Positions 45,790 to 54,214 of a stretch of DNA of 64,000 bases are shown here, in pieces. The notes beneath the pieces are model-generated. The model was not told the DNA's origin. It made no database searches and was given only the letters and a program-made list of their open reading frames with translations. Location: NCBI GenBank assembly GCA_035714745.1, contig DASTLR010000003.1, forward strand, positions 161 through 64,160, in the 5' to 3' direction. Positions within the stretch are counted from its first letter, which is position 1; each line of letters opens with the position of its first letter. Source of the stretch: Minisyncoccota bacterium (GTDB lineage: Bacteria; Patescibacteriota; Minisyncoccia; Phycocordibacterales; UBA6065). Position numbers and translations under genes: made by a program.

Positions 45790-46791
45790 ATGAACTCCAT
45801 CCGACATTGCAACGGTCAGACATACATCATCACCCACGACCTGGGTGAACGGATTCAGTCCCTCCAATCAATCGGCCTCAGAACCCCGGCGGCGAGCGAC
45901 GATTTCTTTCTGGGATTCAACCACGGACTCAAAAGTCTCATTTCCGAAGCGCTTCCGGGTGTTGAGGTCATCGACTACGACATGAAGGGTCTGGCCAGCG
46001 AAGTCTGGGCAGAATCGACGAGAATGCTTGAGTCCATCACGGATTCCGTATTCGTCAGCACGTGCGCGGAGGTCGCTTCCTTGCGACGCGGTCAGACCAT
46101 CGAGGTCAACCGTATCGTCGACGAGACCGGCAAAATTATCGGGCTTGGGCCACGCCCCGGCAATCCCCGGCTCGGCGAGCAGATCGCTCGGATCGTGGCA
46201 TATGCCGACGGTCGTCCGATTATCCTGACGGAAGACGGAGCCTTCTCCGGCTATACCGTCGAGTATATCCTCAAGCTCCTGCGGGCACGAGGGGCTAGGG
46301 TGGCTGCCGTGGTGCTCGGCCTATGCTTTCCGGGAGCGAAGGAACTCTTTTCGAAGTCGTTCGAAGGCGAGCTCGTAATAGTCGAGAAGGTCGACCATCC
46401 GTTCGAGTGGATGCCCGACCATGACTTCGTCCCGTTCGTCCCGAACTGCGGCCGCGTCTATGGTGGGCGTTTCGGCAAGGATGTTCTGCCATATTACTCG
46501 CATGACGGGCACGCATTCTCGTTTCCGTATGTGCGGCCTTACGGTGACCCCGTGGACTGGGCCAGCATCCCGCAGGAACACGCGGCAGAACTCTCGAGGT
46601 TCTGCCTGCAGACGTCGCACATGCTCTATGAAATCCTCGACAAGCTCAATGGCCGGTCGATCATGATGCATGACCTGTTGGCCAGCAAGCCACGAGTCTG
46701 CGTGCCCATGAGTATGGGCGGGAACGACCTTCCGCAGACCGACTTCTGTGTATCAGAATATCTCAGCGAGGTCTGCCAGGAGCTCGCTTAA
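45790..46791 (+). CDS. Hypothetical protein with phosphoribosyltransferase-like (PRTase type I) nucleotide-binding segment
   Basis: 333 aa. The segment IILTEDGAFSGYTVEYILKLLRARGARVAAVVLG resembles the PRPP-binding loop. GC is higher (~58%). Confidence 0.45.
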   Translation: MNSIRHCNGQTYIITHDLGERIQSLQSIGLRTPAASDDFFLGFNHGLKSLISEALPGVEVIDYDMKGLASEVWAESTRMLESITDSVFVSTCAEVASLRRGQTIEVNRIVDETGKIIGLGPRPGNPRLGEQIARIVAYADGRPIILTEDGAFSGYTVEYILKLLRARGARVAAVVLGLCFPGAKELFSKSFEGELVIVEKVDHPFEWMPDHDFVPFVPNCGRVYGGRFGKDVLPYYSHDGHAFSFPYVRPYGDPVDWASIPQEHAAELSRFCLQTSHMLYEILDKLNGRSIMMHDLLASKPRVCVPMSMGGNDLPQTDFCVSEYLSEVCQELA

Positions 46792-46867
46792 ATTACGACT
46801 CCGTGCTGCAACGCACGGAGTTTTTTATTCAAGAAACATTCCTCAATTTAGCCGCTCAGGCTCTCGG

Positions 46868-48499
46868 CTACACCACCGGCACCTCCACATAGAACTGGCT
46901 GCCCTGGCCCTCGCCGGCGGATTCGGCCCAGACGCGGCCGCCGTGGGCGGTGACGATCTCGCGGGCGATGAAGAGGCCCAGGCCCGTGCCGTGGATGTTG
47001 GCCTCGCTCGCCTTGGGCGCGCGGGAGAACTTCTGGAAGAGCTTCGGCATGACGTCGGCGCGGATGCCCACGCCGGTGTCTTTGACGGCGAAGAGCGCCT
47101 TGCCGTCCTTCCTGCGGAGGCTGATGGCGATCGAGCCCTCGGGCGTATATTTCACGGAGTTGTCGATGGTGTTCATGAGGACCTGCTTGAACTTGTCAGG
47201 GTCGGCCTTGATCTTGTACGGCTGGCTCTCGTCCACGTCGACCGACCACTTCAGGCCTTTCGCCTCGATGTTCGGCTGCTGCTCGCGGGCCACTTCCTTG
47301 ACCAGGTCCCTGAAGTCCATGTCGCGCAGGTCGTACTTCATCGTCCCCAGCTCGATGCGCGAGACGTTCAGGTAGTCCTCGACGATGTTGATCATGGTCC
47401 TGATCGAGGTGTAGATGGTCTGGACGACGCCCTTGACGCCGTCAGAGACCGGACCGAAGTCCCCTTCCAGGATGAGCGACGCGTTGCCTTTCATGGCCGT
47501 CAGAGGGCTGCGCAGCTGATGCGTGGCAAAGGAGATGAATTCCGTCTTCTGCTTGTCCAGCTCGAGCAGGCGGGTGTTCTTGGTGTCGAGCTCGGCGGCG
47601 AGCTTTTCGATCTTCTCTCTCGCTTTTTCCTCGCTGTTTATATTCTTCAACAGGACAAAAGTCGCGCCAACAGCAAGAACCAAAGTTACACCAGTCAAGA
47701 CTTGGTTAGTCGTGTTCTCGAGAAAAAAGAATTGGGAACCGACAAGTATAAGGAGAGTGTAGGCGAGCAGCTGCGTACCAAAAGATCGTATCTTGAATAT
47801 TCGCAGGTTAGTGATCGAATATATAATCATGCCAAGGAACACAGGTAGGATGAAAAGGCTATAGAGATTTATCTCATAGACACCGGTAACACTGGCTACA
47901 TACTCTGTCACTGAAAATACCGTAAAGAATAACAACAATGCGAGTGCGACTATCGCTATTTGCCATTTCTTCTTCGCGTCAGATTTTCGTATCCCTCTGA
48001 TACCAAAGATCACAACATATACACACACGAACCATTCGATGCCAAGCTTATAGTTCGTCAGCAGCTCACCATTGAACGCCTCGCACTGCGGCTGGTTGAA
48101 TCCAGTTATCGAATGTCCGGTAATCGTCAATAGCCAAGCCGGGACCGAAAGACCTAGAAATGCGACTTTGACCCAATTAGATATCGGCTTTCCATCATTC
48201 AAAAGCACAGAGAAAAAATATGCGCCAGCCAGGAAGAAGATAACGTTGATGTAATCGAGCGGAGCCCAAACTGCGGTGACAAGATGATAGTCGCTCACGG
48301 TCCAATCAATCACGCTTCCGATCAACCATAAGCAGTATGTTCCGGCGAATAGTGAGAATACTTTAGACAAGAGAGAATACTTCGACTTGATGAGCGTGAA
48401 AAAGATCAGGAGCGCGCTTATTGAGACAGGGATCAAGTGCGAGTAATACGCGATAGTATGATAACTCTCTGTCGTCGCTATGCATGTATTTAAATCCAT
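46868..48499 (-). CDS. Sensor histidine kinase with multi-TM N-terminal sensor domain (orphan; no response regulator in the window)
   Basis: HisKA is FATHQLRSPLTAM. The HATPase_c domain contains DPDKFKQVLMNTIDNSVKYT and GTGLGLFIAREIV. The N-terminal ~290 aa form at least 7 TM helices. GC is ~40% in the sensor half and ~60% in the kinase half. Confidence 0.9.
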   Translation of the reverse strand: MDLNTCIATTESYHTIAYYSHLIPVSISALLIFFTLIKSKYSLLSKVFSLFAGTYCLWLIGSVIDWTVSDYHLVTAVWAPLDYINVIFFLAGAYFFSVLLNDGKPISNWVKVAFLGLSVPAWLLTITGHSITGFNQPQCEAFNGELLTNYKLGIEWFVCVYVVIFGIRGIRKSDAKKKWQIAIVALALLLFFTVFSVTEYVASVTGVYEINLYSLFILPVFLGMIIYSITNLRIFKIRSFGTQLLAYTLLILVGSQFFFLENTTNQVLTGVTLVLAVGATFVLLKNINSEEKAREKIEKLAAELDTKNTRLLELDKQKTEFISFATHQLRSPLTAMKGNASLILEGDFGPVSDGVKGVVQTIYTSIRTMINIVEDYLNVSRIELGTMKYDLRDMDFRDLVKEVAREQQPNIEAKGLKWSVDVDESQPYKIKADPDKFKQVLMNTIDNSVKYTPEGSIAISLRRKDGKALFAVKDTGVGIRADVMPKLFQKFSRAPKASEANIHGTGLGLFIAREIVTAHGGRVWAESAGEGQGSQFYVEVPVV

Positions 48500-48517
48500 A
48501 CGGATGCTATAAACGGA

Positions 48518-49045
48518 TTAGGCTCTCTTATCTTTCAGCGCAGCGATCTTGTCTTCCAGATACGGTTGAAAATATCCCTTATATTTCTCATGCAATCGCG
48601 GCAACTTCCAGTCATCATAGCTCAAGGTTCCCCTGCACGTCTTTTGTCCACAGAAACACTTTACAGGATAAGGAGGTATCTTCGCGGATAGGACCATGGC
48701 GTAATCGAAGCAGATCTCCTCTCCTGCAACGATATCTCGCATTGCCACAAGGAAAATCTGGCCTTTGAAGCCCACGTTCGGCTCACAGCTGTGATTAAAG
48801 AAATCTACTGGCTGGATTTGACTCTCATCCATTATCCCCATGACAAATTCATCGCTTATCTGGTGAGCGTAATCATTCATTCCGGGAGGAAGCTCCTGTT
48901 CTTCCTGTACTGTAAAGATATAGCCCCCGAAGACCGCTACCTTCTCTCCTTTTTTTATCGGTTCGCCCGTTTTGACACCTTTGCCTAATTCACCCTTATC
49001 TATGACCTGCAATTTAGGATTGATCCAAGAAAATATTCTAGACAT
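48518..49045 (-). CDS. SET-domain protein (putative protein-lysine methyltransferase)
   Basis: Contains NHSCEPN and EICFDY, with a post-SET Cys cluster CFCGQKTCRG. Length is 175 aa. GC is low. Confidence 0.8.
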   Translation of the reverse strand: MSRIFSWINPKLQVIDKGELGKGVKTGEPIKKGEKVAVFGGYIFTVQEEQELPPGMNDYAHQISDEFVMGIMDESQIQPVDFFNHSCEPNVGFKGQIFLVAMRDIVAGEEICFDYAMVLSAKIPPYPVKCFCGQKTCRGTLSYDDWKLPRLHEKYKGYFQPYLEDKIAALKDKRA

Positions 49046-49047
49046 AT

Positions 49048-49962
49048 CTATATATTACTCTTATTTTTTACGAAACCTATCGTGTTATGTGGATGACACA
49101 TCCAAAAAGAATCTCCCTCTATTTCTGTCGGCTCAAGAGCCACGATCAATGGTCTATATCCTGATTCTTTCATCACTTTGATGAATGCTGGCAAAAAGAC
49201 GTCTCTTGTGAATTCCTTTTCTTTCACATCGAGCATGAAGTTCTCAAAAAGAATGCCATGCTGAAGAAACAGTCTCAGAAAATGCACATAATAATCTTTG
49301 GCATTACCGCCACACTTCGAAAACCAACCCGAGGCGTCGTAAAAAGAAGTGTTATCGATATGAGAATATGTCTGGGTCAAGAATTCACGATGGAAATCTC
49401 CGAGTTTTTGACCCCAAACTGTGGTTATCTCTGAAAGCCTTTTTCCTTTGAACCTGTTGAAATCGACTATATTAACTCTGTCTATCTTTTGGCCGCCCTT
49501 TTTTCCAGTCCCCGCATAAAAGGACATCTTGCAAAGATTATATTTCCACTCGTTATTGTCAGTAAATTTATCTTCGAGATATTCGAAGAAAAGTGGCTTG
49601 AATGCATCACTTAGAACATCGGCGACGCTTATGAAGCGCCTTACCTCGTAGTTTGGCGTCGCGATCTGCCGAAACATGACTGCACAGCTTTTATCTTCAA
49701 AAGCATCCGGTACTCCAGCAACGAGGGATCTTTCGATATAGGAAAGCAGACCTCGATTCCTTTTTCTCTTCTCAAGCTCATTAACAGCCTCGAGAAGCGG
49801 CGTGTAGACGAACTCACTAAAAGCCTCTCGGTCACTTATCAGTCTATCTATGAGCTCTTTCGTCTCATCATCGACGTTTATCTTCAGGAGATCCGTTGTC
49901 TCGTACGTAGGCATAGGAGATTTAGATTGAGGCTGAGCAGACGTCTCCCGCAGATTCGTCAC
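49048..49962 (-). CDS. Hypothetical protein (304 aa), cotranscribed with the SET-domain gene
   Basis: Clean ORF in low-GC DNA, 2 nt upstream of the SET gene. No recognisable motif. Confidence 0.55.
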   Translation of the reverse strand: MTNLRETSAQPQSKSPMPTYETTDLLKINVDDETKELIDRLISDREAFSEFVYTPLLEAVNELEKRKRNRGLLSYIERSLVAGVPDAFEDKSCAVMFRQIATPNYEVRRFISVADVLSDAFKPLFFEYLEDKFTDNNEWKYNLCKMSFYAGTGKKGGQKIDRVNIVDFNRFKGKRLSEITTVWGQKLGDFHREFLTQTYSHIDNTSFYDASGWFSKCGGNAKDYYVHFLRLFLQHGILFENFMLDVKEKEFTRDVFLPAFIKVMKESGYRPLIVALEPTEIEGDSFWMCHPHNTIGFVKNKSNI

Positions 49963-50254
49963 AAGCGACTACTGCACATGATATTGAGCCGCTTTTGCAT
50001 TCAGATAAGCAAGAATTATCTTTACAGCCAGAAAAATCTGCGGCCTTTATCTTAAAGACCTGATATTCCGATAGATTGTTCGGGGGGCAACCGTCTGGTC
50101 CTTGGCAGTCACGGACATAGCATATCTGACTTGTTGGATCGCAAGGGGCTTCCACTAAAAAATCATAGCTCTTTTTATCGTAAAAAATATAGTAACTAGC
50201 CCCTAGCGCAGAGACGAACATCAGGGACAGGATAGTAAACAGCGCCTTATTCAT
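49922..50254 (-). CDS. Small secreted cysteine-rich protein
   Basis: The signal peptide is MNKALFTILSLMFVSALGA. Twelve Cys occur in ~90 mature residues. Confidence 0.5.
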   Translation of the reverse strand: MNKALFTILSLMFVSALGASYYIFYDKKSYDFLVEAPCDPTSQICYVRDCQGPDGCPPNNLSEYQVFKIKAADFSGCKDNSCLSECKSGSISCAVVACDESAGDVCSASI

Positions 50255-50313
50255 GGCAATAATTATACCACGGTAAAAGAAAGCGGGGTGAATGAATTCA
50301 CCCCGCCGTTAGA

Positions 50314-50868
50314 TTAGCCGTGGACGTATTTCCAGCCTACCTCAATGATCTTGACCAGGAGCCCGGTCCTGATGATCCAGTAGAGATTGCCGAAGAATAC
50401 CGATCCAAAGAGAATCTGCCAGTCTCGCTTCGATACTCCCGCGAAGTGCGCCTTCCGATAATGGACGGCGACGACGAACGGGTCTACGAATACGCTCATG
50501 GCGATGAAACCGAGTGCCTTGAGGAACCTTCCCGAGAAGGTCTGGTGCTCTTTCTTTACAGCCCAGACTATCGCCTTCTCAGCCCAGTTCTTCTCCTTTT
50601 TCTTCATGACGTCCTCCACGTAGGTGACGCCGACCCAGTCGATTCCCATCTTGTCGAAAACGACAAGGAGGACGCCGCACTGGATGAAGGAGAGAGAGGT
50701 CATGACCAGGCCGCCTTTGACAGCGCCAAGCCATGCGATCACCCCCATGTAGAGAGGGTAATTGAAGAGCCAGTTGAAGATCCCATACAAAGTCATACCG
50801 GTTCCAATCTCTGCAATCTTTTTACGGTGGTGCAGAAACCACCCTTTTAACGAACATCCAGTATGCAC
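50314..50868 (-). CDS. Hypothetical integral membrane protein
   Basis: 184 aa with 3-4 predicted TM helices. GC is low. Confidence 0.5.
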   Translation of the reverse strand: MHTGCSLKGWFLHHRKKIAEIGTGMTLYGIFNWLFNYPLYMGVIAWLGAVKGGLVMTSLSFIQCGVLLVVFDKMGIDWVGVTYVEDVMKKKEKNWAEKAIVWAVKKEHQTFSGRFLKALGFIAMSVFVDPFVVAVHYRKAHFAGVSKRDWQILFGSVFFGNLYWIIRTGLLVKIIEVGWKYVHG

Positions 50869-51007
50869 GGTGCATACCTCCTTTCAGGTTATATTATAGC
50901 ATATGCATACATAATCTGTCAATACTTATAGATATTTGGGCTTAAAATCGGCATTCGAACATCCAAAAGACATTGCTATTCCCAGCGGCCCATGGAAAAG
51001 TGTAAGG

Positions 51008-51613
51008 ATGAAGAAGACACTGTATCTGATCCCAGGCTTTGGAGAGACCTCCTCTGATCCGGCATACGTTCGCATCTCCAGGGTAGCTAAAGAAGCTGGA
51101 TACCACGTAGTTCCATTCGATCCTACATGGGATAGAAGCGCCGCCACGCGATGGGTCGCCGACTTCTCCCGAATCGTCGAGAGGGACGGCGCCAAAAACG
51201 CGAGCGTCATTGGTTTCTCCTTTGGCGCCTATATCGCCGTGCTTGCGGCAAAGAAGTACGATTTCAACAGGCTCTATCTGTGCTCTCTTTCGCCATACTT
51301 CAAGGACGACCTCCCACATATCCCCGATGCTGCCTGGAAGGCGCTTGGATCGAGAAGGAAAGCTGATTTTTCCAGCCATTCTTTCCCTGAAGATATCGGC
51401 GCGAGCGCGGTCTTCTTTGTCGGCGAACATGAGATTCGCTATGAGCTACAGGCGGTCGAAAAGCGATATCGGGCTTGGAAGGGAGAGAAAAAATACATAG
51501 TCGTGCCTGATGCGGACCATGACCTTGAATCGGGCGAGTACTTGGACTCGCTATTATCGGAAATAAAAGTTCTTCATGAAGCAGCCGTTGCGGAAAAAGA
51601 CATTAGCTTCTAA
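51008..51613 (+). CDS. Alpha/beta-fold hydrolase (esterase/lipase type)
   Basis: The nucleophile elbow is GFSFGA. An Asp/His region follows (VVPDADHD). Start is taken at MKKTLYLIPGFGE. Confidence 0.65.
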   Translation: MKKTLYLIPGFGETSSDPAYVRISRVAKEAGYHVVPFDPTWDRSAATRWVADFSRIVERDGAKNASVIGFSFGAYIAVLAAKKYDFNRLYLCSLSPYFKDDLPHIPDAAWKALGSRRKADFSSHSFPEDIGASAVFFVGEHEIRYELQAVEKRYRAWKGEKKYIVVPDADHDLESGEYLDSLLSEIKVLHEAAVAEKDISF

Positions 51614-52742
51614 GAACTTCATGTCTGATCTCAGACAATATATCAGAGAGTTTTTTTGCATTCTTCTCCCATGCAACATGTTTGGCAATAAATTCTTTAG
51701 CACGTGCCCCTAGCTTCATACGCTTTTCATCATCGCTAATTAAATCCAAAACTGCTTTTTTCAGATCAAGAATATCGGCGGGCTTTATCAGAATCCCATT
51801 TTCCCCATGTATGATCACATCCTCATTACCATTATTAATAGTCGTGATCACCGGCTTTCCTGCGGACATGGATTCAAGAACCGTGCCCATCAATCCATCC
51901 CCCTGATGAGAAGGAAAGACGCAAATGTCTGCCATAGAGAAATAATCATACGGATTACTTACCAAGCCAATCACTGATACCTTTTCCGTAATACCAAAAT
52001 CTCTGATTTTTTGCTCGATATGTTGTTTGAGTTCGCCGTCTCCGAGTATCCATAAATGGACATTGTCCTGTTCCGCTAGAATTTCTTTAAAGGCATGAAT
52101 AAGAGTAATGATTCCCTTTCTCTCAATCAATCTTCCAGCAAAGACAAGATTGCATCCGGCCTTTGGCGGTATCGTATTTTGAATTACCAGAGGATAATCA
52201 ACACCTGTGCCTAGTAAATACCTTAGGTGGATATCCTTTATATACGCAGACCATTTTTCAGAAACTACAGAACTGATCGAAATGGTAGCGCTGCAAAATC
52301 TAATGAATGACCTATACAAAGGGATGTGCTCGGAAGAATATCCAGATATATACAACACATTTGGTATACCTATCGGCTTAAAAAGGCAATCTGGTAGATA
52401 GTACGACAAAATAATGTCAGGCCTGTTTAGGATCAACGCCTCATGAATTTTCTCATCAAAAGCGAGTGATTCGATGGTCCACCTCACATGATCAATGTCG
52501 GGTTTTTGTTCGTAGAGCCCAAGAATCGAGTTGCTTATATCAAACCTAAGTATATTTACATTCTCCAACGCTTTTTCAGTAAATTCTCGAAACAAAAAAC
52601 TCTCATTGAGCCTAGCCGATATGGAAGTATATAAATCTACGACGTGCCCCATCCTGGAAAGATACTCCGCATGCTTTAGGGAGACCTTCTCGGACCCTGC
52701 TATATGATAGGATGTCCTAGGCTGAACAATCGCGATTCTCAT
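51603..52742 (-). CDS. Glycosyltransferase family 4 (GT-B, RfaG-like)
   Basis: The C-terminal GT4 core is CVFPSHQGDGLMGTVLESMSAGKPVI (EX7E-type). Length is 379 aa. Confidence 0.8.
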   Translation of the reverse strand: MRIAIVQPRTSYHIAGSEKVSLKHAEYLSRMGHVVDLYTSISARLNESFLFREFTEKALENVNILRFDISNSILGLYEQKPDIDHVRWTIESLAFDEKIHEALILNRPDIILSYYLPDCLFKPIGIPNVLYISGYSSEHIPLYRSFIRFCSATISISSVVSEKWSAYIKDIHLRYLLGTGVDYPLVIQNTIPPKAGCNLVFAGRLIERKGIITLIHAFKEILAEQDNVHLWILGDGELKQHIEQKIRDFGITEKVSVIGLVSNPYDYFSMADICVFPSHQGDGLMGTVLESMSAGKPVITTINNGNEDVIIHGENGILIKPADILDLKKAVLDLISDDEKRMKLGARAKEFIAKHVAWEKNAKKLSDILSEIRHEVLRS

Positions 52743-53263
52743 AGCTCGATTTTCTCTTCTATGTAGTCGCAGTACATATCATATTGGATCTTGCCACTGG
52801 TGTACTTATTAATAAATCCGATATATTCAGGCAGATCCTTATAATATACAAAAATTCTTTGTTCTGTTTCGTTATCTTTAAGCGGTAAAAAATGATCAAG
52901 CGATCCAATTTTACACACGAATCTCACCTGTAGATTATGCTTCTGGATCTCCTCCTCAGCGCTAGGATTAATGACCTCCAATGACCCAAGCAGCTTAATG
53001 TCCTCAGGTATAAATTGGGCCTCCTCCATAAATTCCCTACGCAAAGTCTCAAGCGCGGTCTCTCCCTCCTCAGCCCCGCCTCCTGGAGGTGTAAATCTTT
53101 CGTCACCTTTTTCTCTAACAAGAGCCACTAGATTATCCTTAGTGTTACAAAAACCGTACACCTGCTGAACTGGAATATCCTTGGGAATGATTCCCGGATG
53201 CCAGATATAAGTGATCGTATAATTGCCCTTATCCTTTATTTCAGTGAGTTTATATTTTTCCAT
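52739..53263 (-). CDS. NUDIX hydrolase
   Basis: The Nudix box is PGGGAEEGETALETLRREFMEEAQ. Length is 174 aa. It overlaps the GT4 start by 4 nt. Confidence 0.8.
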   Translation of the reverse strand: MEKYKLTEIKDKGNYTITYIWHPGIIPKDIPVQQVYGFCNTKDNLVALVREKGDERFTPPGGGAEEGETALETLRREFMEEAQFIPEDIKLLGSLEVINPSAEEEIQKHNLQVRFVCKIGSLDHFLPLKDNETEQRIFVYYKDLPEYIGFINKYTSGKIQYDMYCDYIEEKIEL

Positions 53264-53309
53264 AGTATTCGAAAAATTATAGCAAAAAGGACCCCGCTTT
53301 CACAGGATC

Positions 53310-54176
53310 CTAAACGATGCTCTCAAGGTATCTGATTTCCTTTTCGAGAATCGGAATGATTCGTCCCCGGTCTGGTTTCCTTAGGACAACTCCGCATGCG
53401 TGATCAACCGAAACTCTTGAACCCCTCTTCTCAAGAAATCTCACAAAATTTCCGGGCTGAAAATCATCAGCGCTAGTTATTTGCAAGGCCGCACTAATAA
53501 TTCTTTGTATTCTTGAGCAAGACGCCTGATGTCCGACGATAACCTGTAAGTCATCGCCTAACGATTCAAAAACCTCTCTTAGCATTCGATAGAGCCGTAA
53601 GGAGAAATCCCCCTGATGCTCTCCAAATTTCGTAAACCAGCCTATAAGTTCTGGGAACTCCGCTTTCCCGGAGCTATCGATGAGCGGGTCTCCAAAGCGA
53701 TAGAGCAATTCGCACGCATCAAGCTTTTTTTGCCACGCATTCCATGCGTCAACCAGGGGCCTATACCCCATACCTACGACATGATCCTTGATTATGAAAT
53801 CGCCTTGGTATATCTCTCTTACGCCAGAGGTTTCCATAATCTCTATCGGCATATCTATAGCAAATAGCTCTTCTGCTAGGATTGAGGCTGTTTGAATGGC
53901 CCTAAGCCGATTGCTATGCCGCAAGATAATTCGTTTAGTATTATTGCTTCCACAAAACTTGATCAACTGCTTACTTAGAGTTTTGATATCAGACTTAGTC
54001 TCTTCGATAAGAGGTTGATTTAAGTCCTGTGAAAGAATTGGGACGTCTACGCCGTGCCTTATTAAGACCATGAGGCTACCAGGGGTAGAACTCTGAATGT
54101 TTGACCTTTCGATGAGTCTCATGCAAAGACCCTCCTTTCTGCCGGATATAGTACAATAGATATTGAAAACTATCAA
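53310..54176 (-). CDS. Histidine phosphatase superfamily (phosphoglycerate-mutase-like) protein
   Basis: The RHG motif is LIRHG. The start is uncertain (possibly MRLIERS at ~54122). Confidence 0.6.
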   Translation of the reverse strand: MIVFNIYCTISGRKEGLCMRLIERSNIQSSTPGSLMVLIRHGVDVPILSQDLNQPLIEETKSDIKTLSKQLIKFCGSNNTKRIILRHSNRLRAIQTASILAEELFAIDMPIEIMETSGVREIYQGDFIIKDHVVGMGYRPLVDAWNAWQKKLDACELLYRFGDPLIDSSGKAEFPELIGWFTKFGEHQGDFSLRLYRMLREVFESLGDDLQVIVGHQASCSRIQRIISAALQITSADDFQPGNFVRFLEKRGSRVSVDHACGVVLRKPDRGRIIPILEKEIRYLESIV

Positions 54177-54214
54177 GAAATTTGGTACCGTTTCTATATA
54201 TTAATCTGCTGATT

